Of a stretch of DNA of 64,000 nucleotides, positions 30,526-40,541 are shown one piece after another. This DNA is from Armatimonadota bacterium (GTDB taxonomy: Bacteria > Armatimonadota > HRBIN16). The DNA lies in contig OY781964.1 of the NCBI GenBank assembly GCA_963677485.1, forward strand, positions 576,001 through 640,000, read 5' to 3'. The notes below the pieces were generated by a model. The model did no database searches. It had not been told where the DNA came from and worked only from the letters and a program-made list of their open reading frames with translations. Position numbers and translations under genes: made by a program. Positions within the stretch are counted from its first letter, which is position 1; every line of letters starts with the position of its first letter.

Positions 30526-30611
30526 GTCGTCGGGGCGTCCCTTGTGGGCGCCCTAAAATAGAACTATCGAATGAACAGCGATTAGGGCGCCCACAAGGGT
30601 CATCCTTACGA
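30526..30611. repeat. Degenerate REP doublet (REPIN)
   Basis: GGGGCGTCCCTTGTGGGCGCCCTAA ... TTAGGGCGCCCACAAGGGTCATCCTTACG. Confidence 0.75.
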
Positions 30612-30722
30612 ACGCATCTTTAATAACACGTGCTGACTTGAACTTAAGAGCGGTGCTCTCCTGCAAGACCGTCGCAGTTAACAGCCCTCGAATCCAACAC
30701 AGAGTGAGAAGTAGAGAAAGAT

Positions 30723-33700
30723 ATGAACACCAACACAATCACACCGAAACCAACCCTCCCAACGGCACGGCTCATGCTACGAGCCAGGCCCTCTGGCGTA
30801 GGGTTGGAAGTGCTCATGCATGGTGATGAAGGTAGGAATGTGCCGGTTATTCTGTATGGACGAGAAGCTGTCCGTTGCATGTCCGTGACAAGTGGTGGGA
30901 AATTCATCTACTTCAAAATCACCGATCAAGCATTCAAGAACGGCAAGTCACCGATGGTGGCCATCACGATAGACTACTTCGACGAAGGAAGTGGTGATAT
31001 CATCATTCAGTATGATTCGCTGGACGATACCACCAACCAGGGGGCATTCAAGTTAGTCACGTTGGCCAGGCTTGAGAACACGAAGAGCTGGAAGTCAGAG
31101 GCAGTGGACATTGCAGATGCACGCTTCGCCGGACGATGCAATGGCTATGACTTCCGCATAGCGGTGCCCACCGGTGTTGACCTGGCGGTATCCGCTGTCA
31201 AACTCGAATCGCTTGCCACTCCCTTCATCAAGAATTTCAAAGTTCCACCAGTCCGATGGCGAATCTGCAACACGAAGTATCCCACCCTCGACATCGTGAT
31301 AGCCGGTTATTCGGTAACGGAGTTCGGAGCCAAAGCTGATGGGGTGACCGACAACACGGCCGCCTTTCAGATGGCAATGAACGCGATGGCCAAAGCGGGC
31401 GGTGGAACGGTGTTTGTGCCCGAAGGCCGCTATGTCATCAGGCGAAACCTCAATGTGCCCACCAGCGTGACGCTACGCGGGGAGTGGAGGAAGCCTGTTA
31501 CAGGGAAATCAGTGGGCGGAACAGTGCTCATGGCGTATGCCGGTCGGGGCGCCAGCAAGGGGCGTCCGTTCATCGTGCTCAACCAGTGTACGGGCATTAA
31601 AGACATGAGCATCTGGTATCCCGAGCAGAAAGCCGATAACATCGTGCCCTACCCATACTGCATCCGGCAGGCGAACGGCATGAGCGTCATGATGGAAAAC
31701 ATCACACTCGTCAACCCATATCAAGGAATTCAGATAGGACCTGACCAGACCGAGCTGCACTACATCAAAAACCTCTACGGCACGCCACTGCTCACCGGTA
31801 TCCAATTTGATTTCATTTCCGACATCGGTCGGCTGGAGAACCTGCATTTTTCACCCGACATCTGGAGTGACTCGGGCCTGCCAGGCGCCCCACCCCGAAA
31901 TGGAGCCCATGCCAAGTGTATATATCAAAACGGCACGGCCTTACGAACCTATCGGTGTGACTGGCAGTATGCGGCCTTTGTGAATATCAGCGGCTACAAA
32001 ACTGGATTCGAGATACTCCCGGCGCCACAGGGTACGAACGCGCAATACTACGGGTTCAACATCACCAACTGCGCCACCGCACTCTCCGTCGTGGATGCGC
32101 TCTACCTGGGGATCATGTTCACCGAGAGCACTTTACATGGTGACGACTATGGTGTACTTACCGATCCAAGTTTCACATCAAAGCTCATGTTTCATTCGTG
32201 CAGCATCAAAGGCGCGATGAGCTCAGTGTTGTTTAATGGCAGGTCAGGATCGGCCACGCTCTTCCAGGGCTGCACTTTCGAAGGCACCTATACGCAGAGC
32301 ATTGGCGACCTCTCCCTTCTGGGATGCACATTCAAATCGCAGGCTGAGCATATCGTGCTGGGAGCCGGTGTCAATGCGGCCACGATCGCTGGCTCCAGCT
32401 TCACGGCTGCCCCACAAATCGTGATCCACAGCACCTCCAAGGCGGTCAAAATCAGCGACCAGCCAGTGAAGAAGTCTGCCATTCCGAAATACTCGCTGCC
32501 TGAGGGCCGGGGATTCAAGCCCGCCAGACGCACTCTGTTGGTGGTCACCGACAAACCATATGGGGCCCAAAGGAACAAACTGCATGACGACACGCAGGCC
32601 ATCCAAAAGGCACTCAACGATGCCGCAAAAGGCGGCGGTATCGTGTTCTGCCCTGGCGGGGAGTATGCCATCCGAGGCCAACTGACCATCCCCTCCGGTG
32701 TAGAGCTGCGTGGCATATATGATGTGCCGCATCATACTATTGGCAAAGGCAGCACGTTCCGCCTCTATACCGGACGGAATGATGCCTCAGCGGCACCCGC
32801 GATCATCATGAAGCGGCAAAGCAGCCTGCGTGGGATGACGTTCATCTATCCTGAGCAAAAACACGAATCGCTTGTGCCCTACTCTCCCATGGTGCAAGGT
32901 CAGGGTGACGGCATCTCCATCGTGAACACCACCGCCATGAACCCCTGGTATATGCTCGACTTCAAAAGCTACAAATGCGACCGGCATTTCATCGATTACC
33001 CTGCCGGTGCCCCGTTGAGAGTTGGTATTGCTGTCGGTGCAGGATGTGTTGGCGGTGAGATACTGAACACGCAATTTAACCCGCACTACTGGAACAGGGC
33101 ACCATTCCCAGATTGCCCTGGCGGTCCGATTGAGCTGTCGATCAATGATGTCTGGATATATTCCAAAGAGAATCTGGAGGCGTTCGTTCTTGGTTACGCG
33201 GTGGGCGAGAAGATGTTCCAGAACTTCGTATTTGGATCCAAAAACGGGCTGCATTGCATCTCGGAGAACGGCCGTGGTGCCTCTGGCGTGGTATTCGGGC
33301 ATGGTGTTGATGGCTCCAAAGTGGGGGCCGCCTTTGACGGTCTCAGCCCGGCCGGAATCGACCTGATCAACCCTGAGTTCGCCTGCTTCATGACCACCGA
33401 ATCGGCCTATGTATCATGCGGAGAACAGCTCCACTCACAAGCCAGGCTGTATAACTCGATGCTTTGGGGCAGTCCTGACCACTCCGCCATGGTCAAAGCT
33501 GGGGCGCTGTTGTTTGAGCTGGCCCATTTCTGGAACTACTCTGGTTTTGTAGCGGACAAGGGCACACTGGCGCTCACTAACACATATCTCAGCAACAACG
33601 CCATCGGTGAAGATGAACTGGCGGTCCGCAACGGTGGTCACGTGGCATTAACTGGCAACAACACCGCTTTCGGAATGGCGTATAACCCGGATGCCCCCGC

Positions 33701-34244
33701 CACGTCCGTGACCGAACAGTTCGAAGTCCAGCGAAACCAGCCCATTCCCAGAAACGCCAGGGAGATATCTGTCACGCTCACCAACCCCCAACTGAAGTCT
33801 GGTCTGTCACTGCGTGAATCGGACGCCGAAACGACCACCAAAGCGGTCATGAAGGACGGTCGACCGGCCTGGGCCAGCACGATGATTCCCGCCCACGCCA
33901 AGGGGGCATACATGATGTACATCTCAGTGGAGTATCCTGGCTTCAAATCGGGCAAGGTGCCCGCCGTGAAGCTCACCGTGGACTACTTCGATGAGGGCAC
34001 TGGCGATTTCCGCATCGTCTATGACTCCAGTGATGAATCGGTGCTGGTAGTGAAGCAGTCTCCTGGGGCTTGGAAGCAAGCGACCACCTTCCCTCTGACA
34101 AACAGCGGCAAATGGAAAAGCATCGAGTGCATCATCCGTGATGCGAAGTTCGCAGGCCGATGCAACGGCGGCGACTTGCGGTTCGAGATCACCTCGGGGG
34201 ATGTCCAACCCGCCATCGGGCTGGTGAAGCTGACAAAGCTGTGA
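30723..34244 (+). CDS. Double beta-helix glycoside hydrolase (pectate-lyase-3/GH55-like) with duplicated terminal domains
   Basis: Two cap motifs, FGAKADGVTDNTAAFQ..GGGTVFVPEGRY and YGA...DDTQAIQKAL..GGIVFCPGGEY; the DYFDEG...YDS...DA.FAGRCNG.D.R domain occurs at both ends. Confidence 0.8.
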   Translation: MNTNTITPKPTLPTARLMLRARPSGVGLEVLMHGDEGRNVPVILYGREAVRCMSVTSGGKFIYFKITDQAFKNGKSPMVAITIDYFDEGSGDIIIQYDSLDDTTNQGAFKLVTLARLENTKSWKSEAVDIADARFAGRCNGYDFRIAVPTGVDLAVSAVKLESLATPFIKNFKVPPVRWRICNTKYPTLDIVIAGYSVTEFGAKADGVTDNTAAFQMAMNAMAKAGGGTVFVPEGRYVIRRNLNVPTSVTLRGEWRKPVTGKSVGGTVLMAYAGRGASKGRPFIVLNQCTGIKDMSIWYPEQKADNIVPYPYCIRQANGMSVMMENITLVNPYQGIQIGPDQTELHYIKNLYGTPLLTGIQFDFISDIGRLENLHFSPDIWSDSGLPGAPPRNGAHAKCIYQNGTALRTYRCDWQYAAFVNISGYKTGFEILPAPQGTNAQYYGFNITNCATALSVVDALYLGIMFTESTLHGDDYGVLTDPSFTSKLMFHSCSIKGAMSSVLFNGRSGSATLFQGCTFEGTYTQSIGDLSLLGCTFKSQAEHIVLGAGVNAATIAGSSFTAAPQIVIHSTSKAVKISDQPVKKSAIPKYSLPEGRGFKPARRTLLVVTDKPYGAQRNKLHDDTQAIQKALNDAAKGGGIVFCPGGEYAIRGQLTIPSGVELRGIYDVPHHTIGKGSTFRLYTGRNDASAAPAIIMKRQSSLRGMTFIYPEQKHESLVPYSPMVQGQGDGISIVNTTAMNPWYMLDFKSYKCDRHFIDYPAGAPLRVGIAVGAGCVGGEILNTQFNPHYWNRAPFPDCPGGPIELSINDVWIYSKENLEAFVLGYAVGEKMFQNFVFGSKNGLHCISENGRGASGVVFGHGVDGSKVGAAFDGLSPAGIDLINPEFACFMTTESAYVSCGEQLHSQARLYNSMLWGSPDHSAMVKAGALLFELAHFWNYSGFVADKGTLALTNTYLSNNAIGEDELAVRNGGHVALTGNNTAFGMAYNPDAPATSVTEQFEVQRNQPIPRNAREISVTLTNPQLKSGLSLRESDAETTTKAVMKDGRPAWASTMIPAHAKGAYMMYISVEYPGFKSGKVPAVKLTVDYFDEGTGDFRIVYDSSDESVLVVKQSPGAWKQATTFPLTNSGKWKSIECIIRDAKFAGRCNGGDLRFEITSGDVQPAIGLVKLTKL

Positions 34245-34245
34245 G

Positions 34246-34330
34246 GGCGGTAGGGGCATGGCGTGCCGTGCCCGCATTTCCGTATCATGTCTGGCTGGGA
34301 TTGGGCACGGCACGCCATGCCCCTACCGCC
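34246..34330. repeat. GTAG REP doublet (REPIN)
   Basis: GGCGGTAGGGGCATGGCGTGCCGTGCCC ... GGGCACGGCACGCCATGCCCCTACCGCC. Confidence 0.85.
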
Positions 34331-34347
34331 TCCTCCGCCTCCCCCGT

Positions 34348-34377
34348 TTGACAGCATCGCCCCCTGCCAGTTATAAT
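34348..34377 (+). promoter_or_regulatory. Consensus sigma70 promoter
   Basis: TTGACA 34348-34353, 18 bp spacer, TATAAT 34372-34377. Confidence 0.8.
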
Positions 34378-34422
34378 ACTTTGAGAGGGCTACTCGCCCG
34401 GCCCCTTTCTACGGAGGTCGCT

Positions 34423-35994
34423 ATGGGGGAATCCCAAAAATCCATCATCGTCATCGGTTCTGGTCCCATCCGAATAGGACAAGGAATCGAGTTTGACTAC
34501 TGCACCGTTCACTGTGTATGGGCTATTCAAGAGGCCGGTTATAAGGCCATCGTTATAAATAACAACCCCGAAACTGTTTCTACCGACTTTGATACCTCTG
34601 ACACCCTCTATTTTGATCCCTTGACCTTCGAAGATGTGATGAACATCATCGAGCAGGAGAACGCTGAGGGCGTCATGGTGCAGTTTGGTGGACAGACTGC
34701 CATCAACCTGGCTGCGCAGCTAGATGAAGCCGGCGTAAAGATATTCGGCACCCCGTCAAGTGCCATTGATAACGCAGAAGACCGTGATCTGTTCGAGCGC
34801 ATTCTCAACGAGCTTGAGATTCCTAAACCACCAGGCCGAGGCGTCATATCCGCTGACCAGGCGGTCGTGGTTGCCGAAGAGATCGGATATCCCGTGCTGG
34901 TTCGCCCCTCATTCGTGCTGGGCGGCCGGGCCATGGAGATCATCTACAACGAAGCGGAGCTGCACCACTACATGCGTTATGTGGTGGAGGTTTCGCCGAA
35001 AGCACCGATCCTGGTTGACAAATATATCACAGGCGGCGAATCGGAAGTGGATGTCATCTGTGACGGCGAAGTCTGCGTGCTTCCTGGCATCATGGAGCAC
35101 ATTGAGCGCGCTGGTGTACACTCGGGTGACAGCATGGCGGTCTACCCGCCCCAAACGCTGTCTCAAAATCTGCAAAACCAGATCGTGGATATTGCCACAC
35201 GACTGTCGCTCAGACTAGGCATCCGCGGCATCATGAACATCCAATATGTCACCGCGGACGACACCGCTTTTGTTCTGGAAGCCAACCCACGCGCCAGCCG
35301 CACCGTGCCTTACCTCAGCAAGATCACCAACATCCCGATGGTCAAGCTGGCTACTCAGGCGGCTATGGGCGTCAAACTGCGTGATCTGGGCTACGAAGGC
35401 GGATTGGCCAAGCCGACCCCGCTGATCGCCGTGAAGGCACCTGTGTTCTCGTTCCTGAAACTCACCAAGGTTGACCCCACACTCGGGCCCGAGATGAAGT
35501 CCACCGGTGAGATCATGGGCATCGACACAGACTACGGCCGCGCGCTCTATAAAGCGATGGTGGCTGCTGGTATCAACTGTCCGTCTAAGGGCAGCGTGTT
35601 GTTCACCGTAGCCGACAACGACAAGGAAGAAGCGCTTCCCATCGTGGCCGGGTTCGTGAAGCGCGGCTTTAAGGTCTACGCCACCGGCGGCACCTGGGCT
35701 TATCTACACGAGCGCGGTATCGAAGCCACAAAGGTGGCCAAACTACACGAAGGTTCACCCAACCCGGTGGAGCTGATCGAGAGCAAGCAGGTTGATCTGC
35801 TGATCAACACACTCACCCGCGACCGTCAGATCGAGCTGGAAGCCCGCCAAATCCGCCGTGCCAGTATTGAGATGGGTATCCCCTGCCTCACCAGCCTGGA
35901 CACAGCCAAGGCGCTCTTGACCGGTCTTGAGGCGTTTGACTGCGACCATGTCATCGGCGTTCATACCGTTGAAGAGTATGTGGCCGGCGTATAA
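34423..35994 (+). CDS. carB: Carbamoyl-phosphate synthase large subunit, C-terminal half only
   Basis: Begins KSIIVIGSGPIRIGQGIEFDYC; one ATP-grasp domain (GYPVLVRPSFVLGG, HSGDS, EANPRASRT) plus the MGS domain; ATG after GGAGG. Confidence 0.9.
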   Translation: MGESQKSIIVIGSGPIRIGQGIEFDYCTVHCVWAIQEAGYKAIVINNNPETVSTDFDTSDTLYFDPLTFEDVMNIIEQENAEGVMVQFGGQTAINLAAQLDEAGVKIFGTPSSAIDNAEDRDLFERILNELEIPKPPGRGVISADQAVVVAEEIGYPVLVRPSFVLGGRAMEIIYNEAELHHYMRYVVEVSPKAPILVDKYITGGESEVDVICDGEVCVLPGIMEHIERAGVHSGDSMAVYPPQTLSQNLQNQIVDIATRLSLRLGIRGIMNIQYVTADDTAFVLEANPRASRTVPYLSKITNIPMVKLATQAAMGVKLRDLGYEGGLAKPTPLIAVKAPVFSFLKLTKVDPTLGPEMKSTGEIMGIDTDYGRALYKAMVAAGINCPSKGSVLFTVADNDKEEALPIVAGFVKRGFKVYATGGTWAYLHERGIEATKVAKLHEGSPNPVELIESKQVDLLINTLTRDRQIELEARQIRRASIEMGIPCLTSLDTAKALLTGLEAFDCDHVIGVHTVEEYVAGV

Positions 35995-36014
35995 CAGCGC
36001 AGTGTGCTTAGCCG

Positions 36015-36050
36015 AAATCACCGCGGTGGCCTCCACCGCGGTGATTTTTT
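36015..36050 (+). terminator. Rho-independent terminator
   Basis: AAATCACCGCGGTGG-CCT-CCACCGCGGTGATTTTTT. Confidence 0.9.
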
Positions 36051-36149
36051 GTAACCATCCAGCCATTGGCGACGGGTTCCATTTGTTACTGCTCAGCCAT
36101 CAGTAGATATTGCCAAGTAACTGTTCTGCCGTAGGTGCACCGCTTTCAG

Positions 36150-36391
36150 GCATCCCTACGGGCACCCACGAAGTGGGTAGCAGTTCTTATAGCCAGGGGT
36201 GAGCGAAGCGATACCCCTGGAAAGCGACGCATCGTTCCTACCCCGAAGTGGGTCGCACCTATTCTTGGCAGCCGATTCACCAGGGAATCGAAGCCGACCC
36301 ACTTCGGGGTAGATGCTTATGGCCATCTTCCACGGGTTGCGCTGGCGCTTACCCGTGGCTATAAGAATCCTACCCACTTCGTGGGTGCCGG
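36150..36391. repeat. ~240-bp nested palindromic element
   Basis: GGCACCCACGAAGTGGGTAG..TTCTTATAGCCA pairs with TGGCTATAAGAAT.CTACCCACTTCGTGGGTGCC; inner pair TACCCCGAAGTGGGTCG / CGACCCACTTCGGGGTA. Confidence 0.85.
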
Positions 36392-36478
36392 AAGCTACAT
36401 CCACATGACCGTGAATTAATGCCTACACATCGCCAGTGGCTGAGTAGTTACTACTATTTTACTATGGGTTCAGGTCCA

Positions 36479-36504
36479 GGGCAGGCACGGGGGCCTGCCC
36501 CTAC
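36479..36504 (-). repeat. GTAG REP overlapping a stop codon
   Basis: The minus strand reads GTAGGGGCAGGCCCCCGTGCCTGCCC; its TAG is the stop of 36501..39446. Confidence 0.75.
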
Positions 36505-39446
36505 CGCACGGTCATCAAACGCGTTTGGCCTGCGCGGAACGGGATGGTGACTAGCTTGCCGGAGCCAGCCCAATCCGAATACAGGTCTTGCAGGCTTGCG
36601 GAGGCCGGCATCTGCACGGCTAAATCGCCGCTCACCGGTGAGGTGATGCTCAGCAACTGCTTCACTCGGCGCACCTGACAGCCGACCGGCGCATATATAT
36701 GAACGCCAGCCTCGGACATCCATCCCCGCAGCAGCTCCGCATCGATCGGTGGCACGCCGACCCAAGTCAGTCGACCGCCGCCAGGGAGCCGTCGCGCGCA
36801 GCTAGCCGATACGCCGTCGGCATAAACCAGCGAACCCTCGCCTTGGCACTCCATCCGTGGACGCACCATCGGCACCGAGGCCACGGCTTTGCCATCGGCA
36901 CGCAGCCGAAGGCCCACGGTTCGGGCCACATCGGCCCCCACGCTGACCGGCAGCCCAAGAATCCCCGCCATCCGCTGAGGTACCCAGTGTCCAGTGCGGG
37001 CATCGACCAGCCCGATCGGCCCCACCGCAAGCACATGCATGCCAGGTCGTTTGAGCAGAGTCATGACGCCCTTCAAACTCGCATCGTCGGCACACACCGC
37101 ACTCGCCAACACAACCAGTTTGGTTCGCCTGGGCAGCCGTGCCGCGTCTGACAGCAGCCACACGTCCACAGGCGCACCGCAGCGTTGGATCTCTATCAAC
37201 AGCCTCTTGTGGCACGCCCCCCACCACCCCGTGTCGATCACGCTCTGGCTAAAGCTGCGGTCATCCACCACGAACGCCACTTCCGCCATCGGTGTGCGGT
37301 CCAACTCACGGCAGTGCCGATTCACCGCGGCTAGTTTGCCGAACTCATCCAGCAGGATGCTGTCGTGGTGCCAACTGCTCATCAGGCTGAACTTGTGCTC
37401 TGCAAACGCCTGGATGGCGGTCATCGCACCTACCCGCTGATGCATATCGATCGCCCCCTGCCGGGGGTTCGACGCATCATATGGCTGATGCCACAGCCCC
37501 GGGTGCAGCCAGCTAAACAGGTCGTTCTCCATCAACATCAGCTTGCCAGAGGCGGCCACACTGGCGTCGGCGGTGCCAGTGGTGATGGCCCCGTCCAGAT
37601 ACCCACGGCCATCCAATAAGGGCACACCGGCGATGATGTCGATATCCTCACTCTTCAACAGCTTCTGCAAACCGAAATGGCCAGAGGTGCTCTGCCGGCT
37701 CTCGCCGGTCAACTGGATGACATAGCCCTCAAACGCACCTGTCAGCGAACGCCCTTTACTAAACTTCTTGACCGCTTTCGCGAACTTCAGCACCACATCG
37801 GAGGTCAGGTCGCTGATAAACTGCGAGGTGGCGGCCACCCAGCGGCCATCAGTGCTGTCGGGCTGGAAGTCCATGCCGGTGGTGCGCCTGAGCTCCGGCG
37901 TGGCGATCTGATCGGGCAGCTCGTTCAGGCCGCGCTCTCGCTTCCATTCATACCAGGCGGTTTGGAAGGGCTGGCTGTAATCCGCCAAGCCGTTGTCGTT
38001 GCTGCCCCAGGCGAACCACTCTTCGGTCACCTCGGCGCACAGGAAGAAGCCCACCACTCGGTCAGCCCAGGGCATGCGGTCGCAGCTCTCGATGAACTGC
38101 TTGAACCACTCCATCTGGTCATGCAGCCAACTCTGGCTGGCGATGGAGACCGCCGATGTGCTGGTCTCCTCCCAGTTCACTATCTCGCCGTTGATCTCCA
38201 CTATCGCCCGCTGGTCCAGATGCTGCTGCACCCACCAGGCGGGAGGTGTCAGCGAGCATCGGAACAGGATGTGAGCCTGTGGGTTGCTCTGCAGCGAATA
38301 GCCGACCCGCTCATGAACCTGCGCGAAATCCATCTGACCAGGTGCCGGCACGGTGGGATTGGCCACGTGATGCAGGTGCGCCCCCACGCTCACTGGTATG
38401 AAGAACAGCCCATGACCGCGTTCACCGAACTGGCGCACCGGCCCCGGTTGGTAGTCGTATGACGAGTAGGCCTGCCAGTGAATCGGCTGACCATTGGCAT
38501 ACACCCAGGGACGTCCGCCCAACTGCTTCCGCTGGCATTTGGCCAGACCCGGTTTGCGGTTGTTCTCGATCTGCACCATCATTGTCAAGCCTGGCAGCCA
38601 GTATCCACCCTTCGTGAGTGTGACCTCGGCGGTTCCCTCAGGGAGCCAGGCGGGCGGAGTGAGCGTGATCTGCTCACCGTGATGAAGCTGCATCACCTGC
38701 TCAGCAGACAGGGTTTGTCTCCAATAGACACACCCGACGTGGCACCACTCCATCTCCATCGGCTCGGACACCGGTACTGTGGCGAACTCCACCCCGAACA
38801 GCCACGGCTGCCCGGCCTTCACCCTTGGTGCGGCTCGCCAGGTCTTGACGGCAGGAGCGGAGGCAGACGGTGAGACCACCTGCAGGTCACTGCAATCTAT
38901 CTTGTAGTCATCACCCACATCGCTGCCGGGTATCAGCAAAGTCATCCCTGACAGCGGACAGACCACATCCACCGGTTGCAAGTTACTCGCCAGGCGCAGC
39001 TTGTCCCAGTCGAACTGCACCATCGTGCTCTGGCCTGGGTCGACGCTGTAGCTTTGATCGAACCGCAGGTTCTTGCCCGTAAACACGGGCTTGTTCTCCC
39101 AAGCCATCTCGTTCAGTTCCATCATCAAGTGGATGGGCTTCGCACTGCGGTTGGTTACGCGGAAAGTGATGTGTGAGAAAGCGTGGCGTATGAACGGACC
39201 CCGGAGTGAAAGCGACGGCAGCACCAGGCTCGATAGTGTGAACTGCAGCCGGGTGTAGGACAGCAACCCCTTGTGATCCGTGGTGATGCTGAGATTTGAA
39301 TACTGTTTGGACCGCAAAGCCAGCGGAGTGCCGAAGGTACAGCCGATTCCCGTCTCGAAGCACTGCCACTTCTGCACCGGGGCATTGGCAAACGCCTCAT
39401 CTGGATAGTGGGGATAGGTGAGGGTGAAGGGCTGTGGGTCGCTCAT
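36501..39446 (-). CDS. Large putative glycoside hydrolase (beta-galactosidase/GH42-like), paralog A
   Basis: 981 aa; end-to-end similarity to 42732..45665 (EVTEEWF.WG.ND..LADYSQPF, ENDLFSWLHPGLWH). The family assignment is tentative. Confidence 0.6.
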   Translation of the reverse strand: MSDPQPFTLTYPHYPDEAFANAPVQKWQCFETGIGCTFGTPLALRSKQYSNLSITTDHKGLLSYTRLQFTLSSLVLPSLSLRGPFIRHAFSHITFRVTNRSAKPIHLMMELNEMAWENKPVFTGKNLRFDQSYSVDPGQSTMVQFDWDKLRLASNLQPVDVVCPLSGMTLLIPGSDVGDDYKIDCSDLQVVSPSASAPAVKTWRAAPRVKAGQPWLFGVEFATVPVSEPMEMEWCHVGCVYWRQTLSAEQVMQLHHGEQITLTPPAWLPEGTAEVTLTKGGYWLPGLTMMVQIENNRKPGLAKCQRKQLGGRPWVYANGQPIHWQAYSSYDYQPGPVRQFGERGHGLFFIPVSVGAHLHHVANPTVPAPGQMDFAQVHERVGYSLQSNPQAHILFRCSLTPPAWWVQQHLDQRAIVEINGEIVNWEETSTSAVSIASQSWLHDQMEWFKQFIESCDRMPWADRVVGFFLCAEVTEEWFAWGSNDNGLADYSQPFQTAWYEWKRERGLNELPDQIATPELRRTTGMDFQPDSTDGRWVAATSQFISDLTSDVVLKFAKAVKKFSKGRSLTGAFEGYVIQLTGESRQSTSGHFGLQKLLKSEDIDIIAGVPLLDGRGYLDGAITTGTADASVAASGKLMLMENDLFSWLHPGLWHQPYDASNPRQGAIDMHQRVGAMTAIQAFAEHKFSLMSSWHHDSILLDEFGKLAAVNRHCRELDRTPMAEVAFVVDDRSFSQSVIDTGWWGACHKRLLIEIQRCGAPVDVWLLSDAARLPRRTKLVVLASAVCADDASLKGVMTLLKRPGMHVLAVGPIGLVDARTGHWVPQRMAGILGLPVSVGADVARTVGLRLRADGKAVASVPMVRPRMECQGEGSLVYADGVSASCARRLPGGGRLTWVGVPPIDAELLRGWMSEAGVHIYAPVGCQVRRVKQLLSITSPVSGDLAVQMPASASLQDLYSDWAGSGKLVTIPFRAGQTRLMTVR

Positions 39447-39598
39447 TTGGAACTCTCCTTGCTGAGGGCCTGTCGAAACAACAGCTTAACCGGCGCATCT
39501 ACTGCGCACTACGCTCATTTTGCGCTATATGCATGCGGGATATAATGATATTCGCTAATACTATGTCATACAGCATATGATGCCATAAAGGAAACAAC

Positions 39599-40108
39599 AT
39601 GCCCAACATCACCATCCGACCAGAAACGGTAGTCGATGTAACCGCAATCAGTCTGCTGTTGTTGGAAGCCTTCGCCACCCACCCGCACAGCAACCAGACG
39701 GAACATCGGCTGGTTGAGGAGCTGCGCCGGGTTAACGCACTCGACATTTCGCTGGTCGCGGTGTGCGGTGATCAGGTGGTCGGGCATATCGGGTTTTCGA
39801 AAGTCACTATCAACGGCTTGTGGTGCGGTTGGTATGGGCTGGCCCCTCTGGCGGTTCTGCCGCGGTATCATCGTCAAGGCATCGGAAGCCAGTTGATGCA
39901 TGAAGGGATACAGCAGCTTAAGACTCTGGATGCCATAGGCTGCGTGCTGGTCGGCGACCCGAACTACTACCAGCGGTTTGGCTTTGCACCCGACCCAGCA
40001 TTGACGCTCGATGGAGTGCCGCCTGAGGTTTTCCTGTCGCTGCCCCTCTGTTCAGAACCCGCCAAGGGTAAGGTGGAGTTCCATAAGGCGTTCGATGTGT
40101 GCGGATAA
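39599..40108 (+). CDS. GNAT N-acetyltransferase (YhbS-like)
   Basis: VVGHI.FS, LAPLAV.P....QGIGS.L and LVGDPNYYQRFGF. Confidence 0.92.
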   Translation: MPNITIRPETVVDVTAISLLLLEAFATHPHSNQTEHRLVEELRRVNALDISLVAVCGDQVVGHIGFSKVTINGLWCGWYGLAPLAVLPRYHRQGIGSQLMHEGIQQLKTLDAIGCVLVGDPNYYQRFGFAPDPALTLDGVPPEVFLSLPLCSEPAKGKVEFHKAFDVCG

Positions 40109-40193
40109 AAAACAGCCACGGGTTGGAACGGCAGTTCAGACTGTAACTGATGATGTCGTAGAGGCATCCTGACCAGTTTCCGTCAAGCGTTGC

Positions 40194-40360
40194 CTATGTC
40201 CGGGGCGGTCTGTGCGCAGGTTAGCGGATGCAGAAGGCTCGAGACCGCGCCGGTCTGGCGGATAGCCACAAAAGATATGTGTCAGGATCAAGACCGGCGC
40301 GGTCTATAGACGGTGGCCTCCGAAGGCGTACTGACAGACCGCCCCGGACATAGCCAACCA
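40194..40360. repeat. ~160-bp MITE-like element, copy 1
   Basis: Terminal IR CTATGTCCGGGGCGGTCTGT / ACAGACCGCCCCGGACATAG; inner IR AGACCGCGCCGGTCT / AGACCGGCGCGGTCT. Confidence 0.85.
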
Positions 40361-40541
40361 AGTTACTGATACGTGAAGCCTGTCGTTCCAGGCTGGATAG
40401 TTCCGTTATGATCATAATATCTATTCACCGCATCACTGTTATCTATAACTAACCACTGAAATACAAAACAGCTTTGTCGGTCATCTGCCATAAGGCGCCT
40501 GTATACTAAGATCAGGTTCATACCCAAGGAGATACCAATTC

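Noticed and set aside
34258-34422. 55-aa N-terminal extension of CarB
   Set aside because: It runs through a REPIN and the promoter; the RBS supports ATG 34423.
36135-36419. Small ORFs on both strands (also 2174..2365, 40221..40415 and 42557..42745)
   Set aside because: They coincide with palindromic repeat elements.
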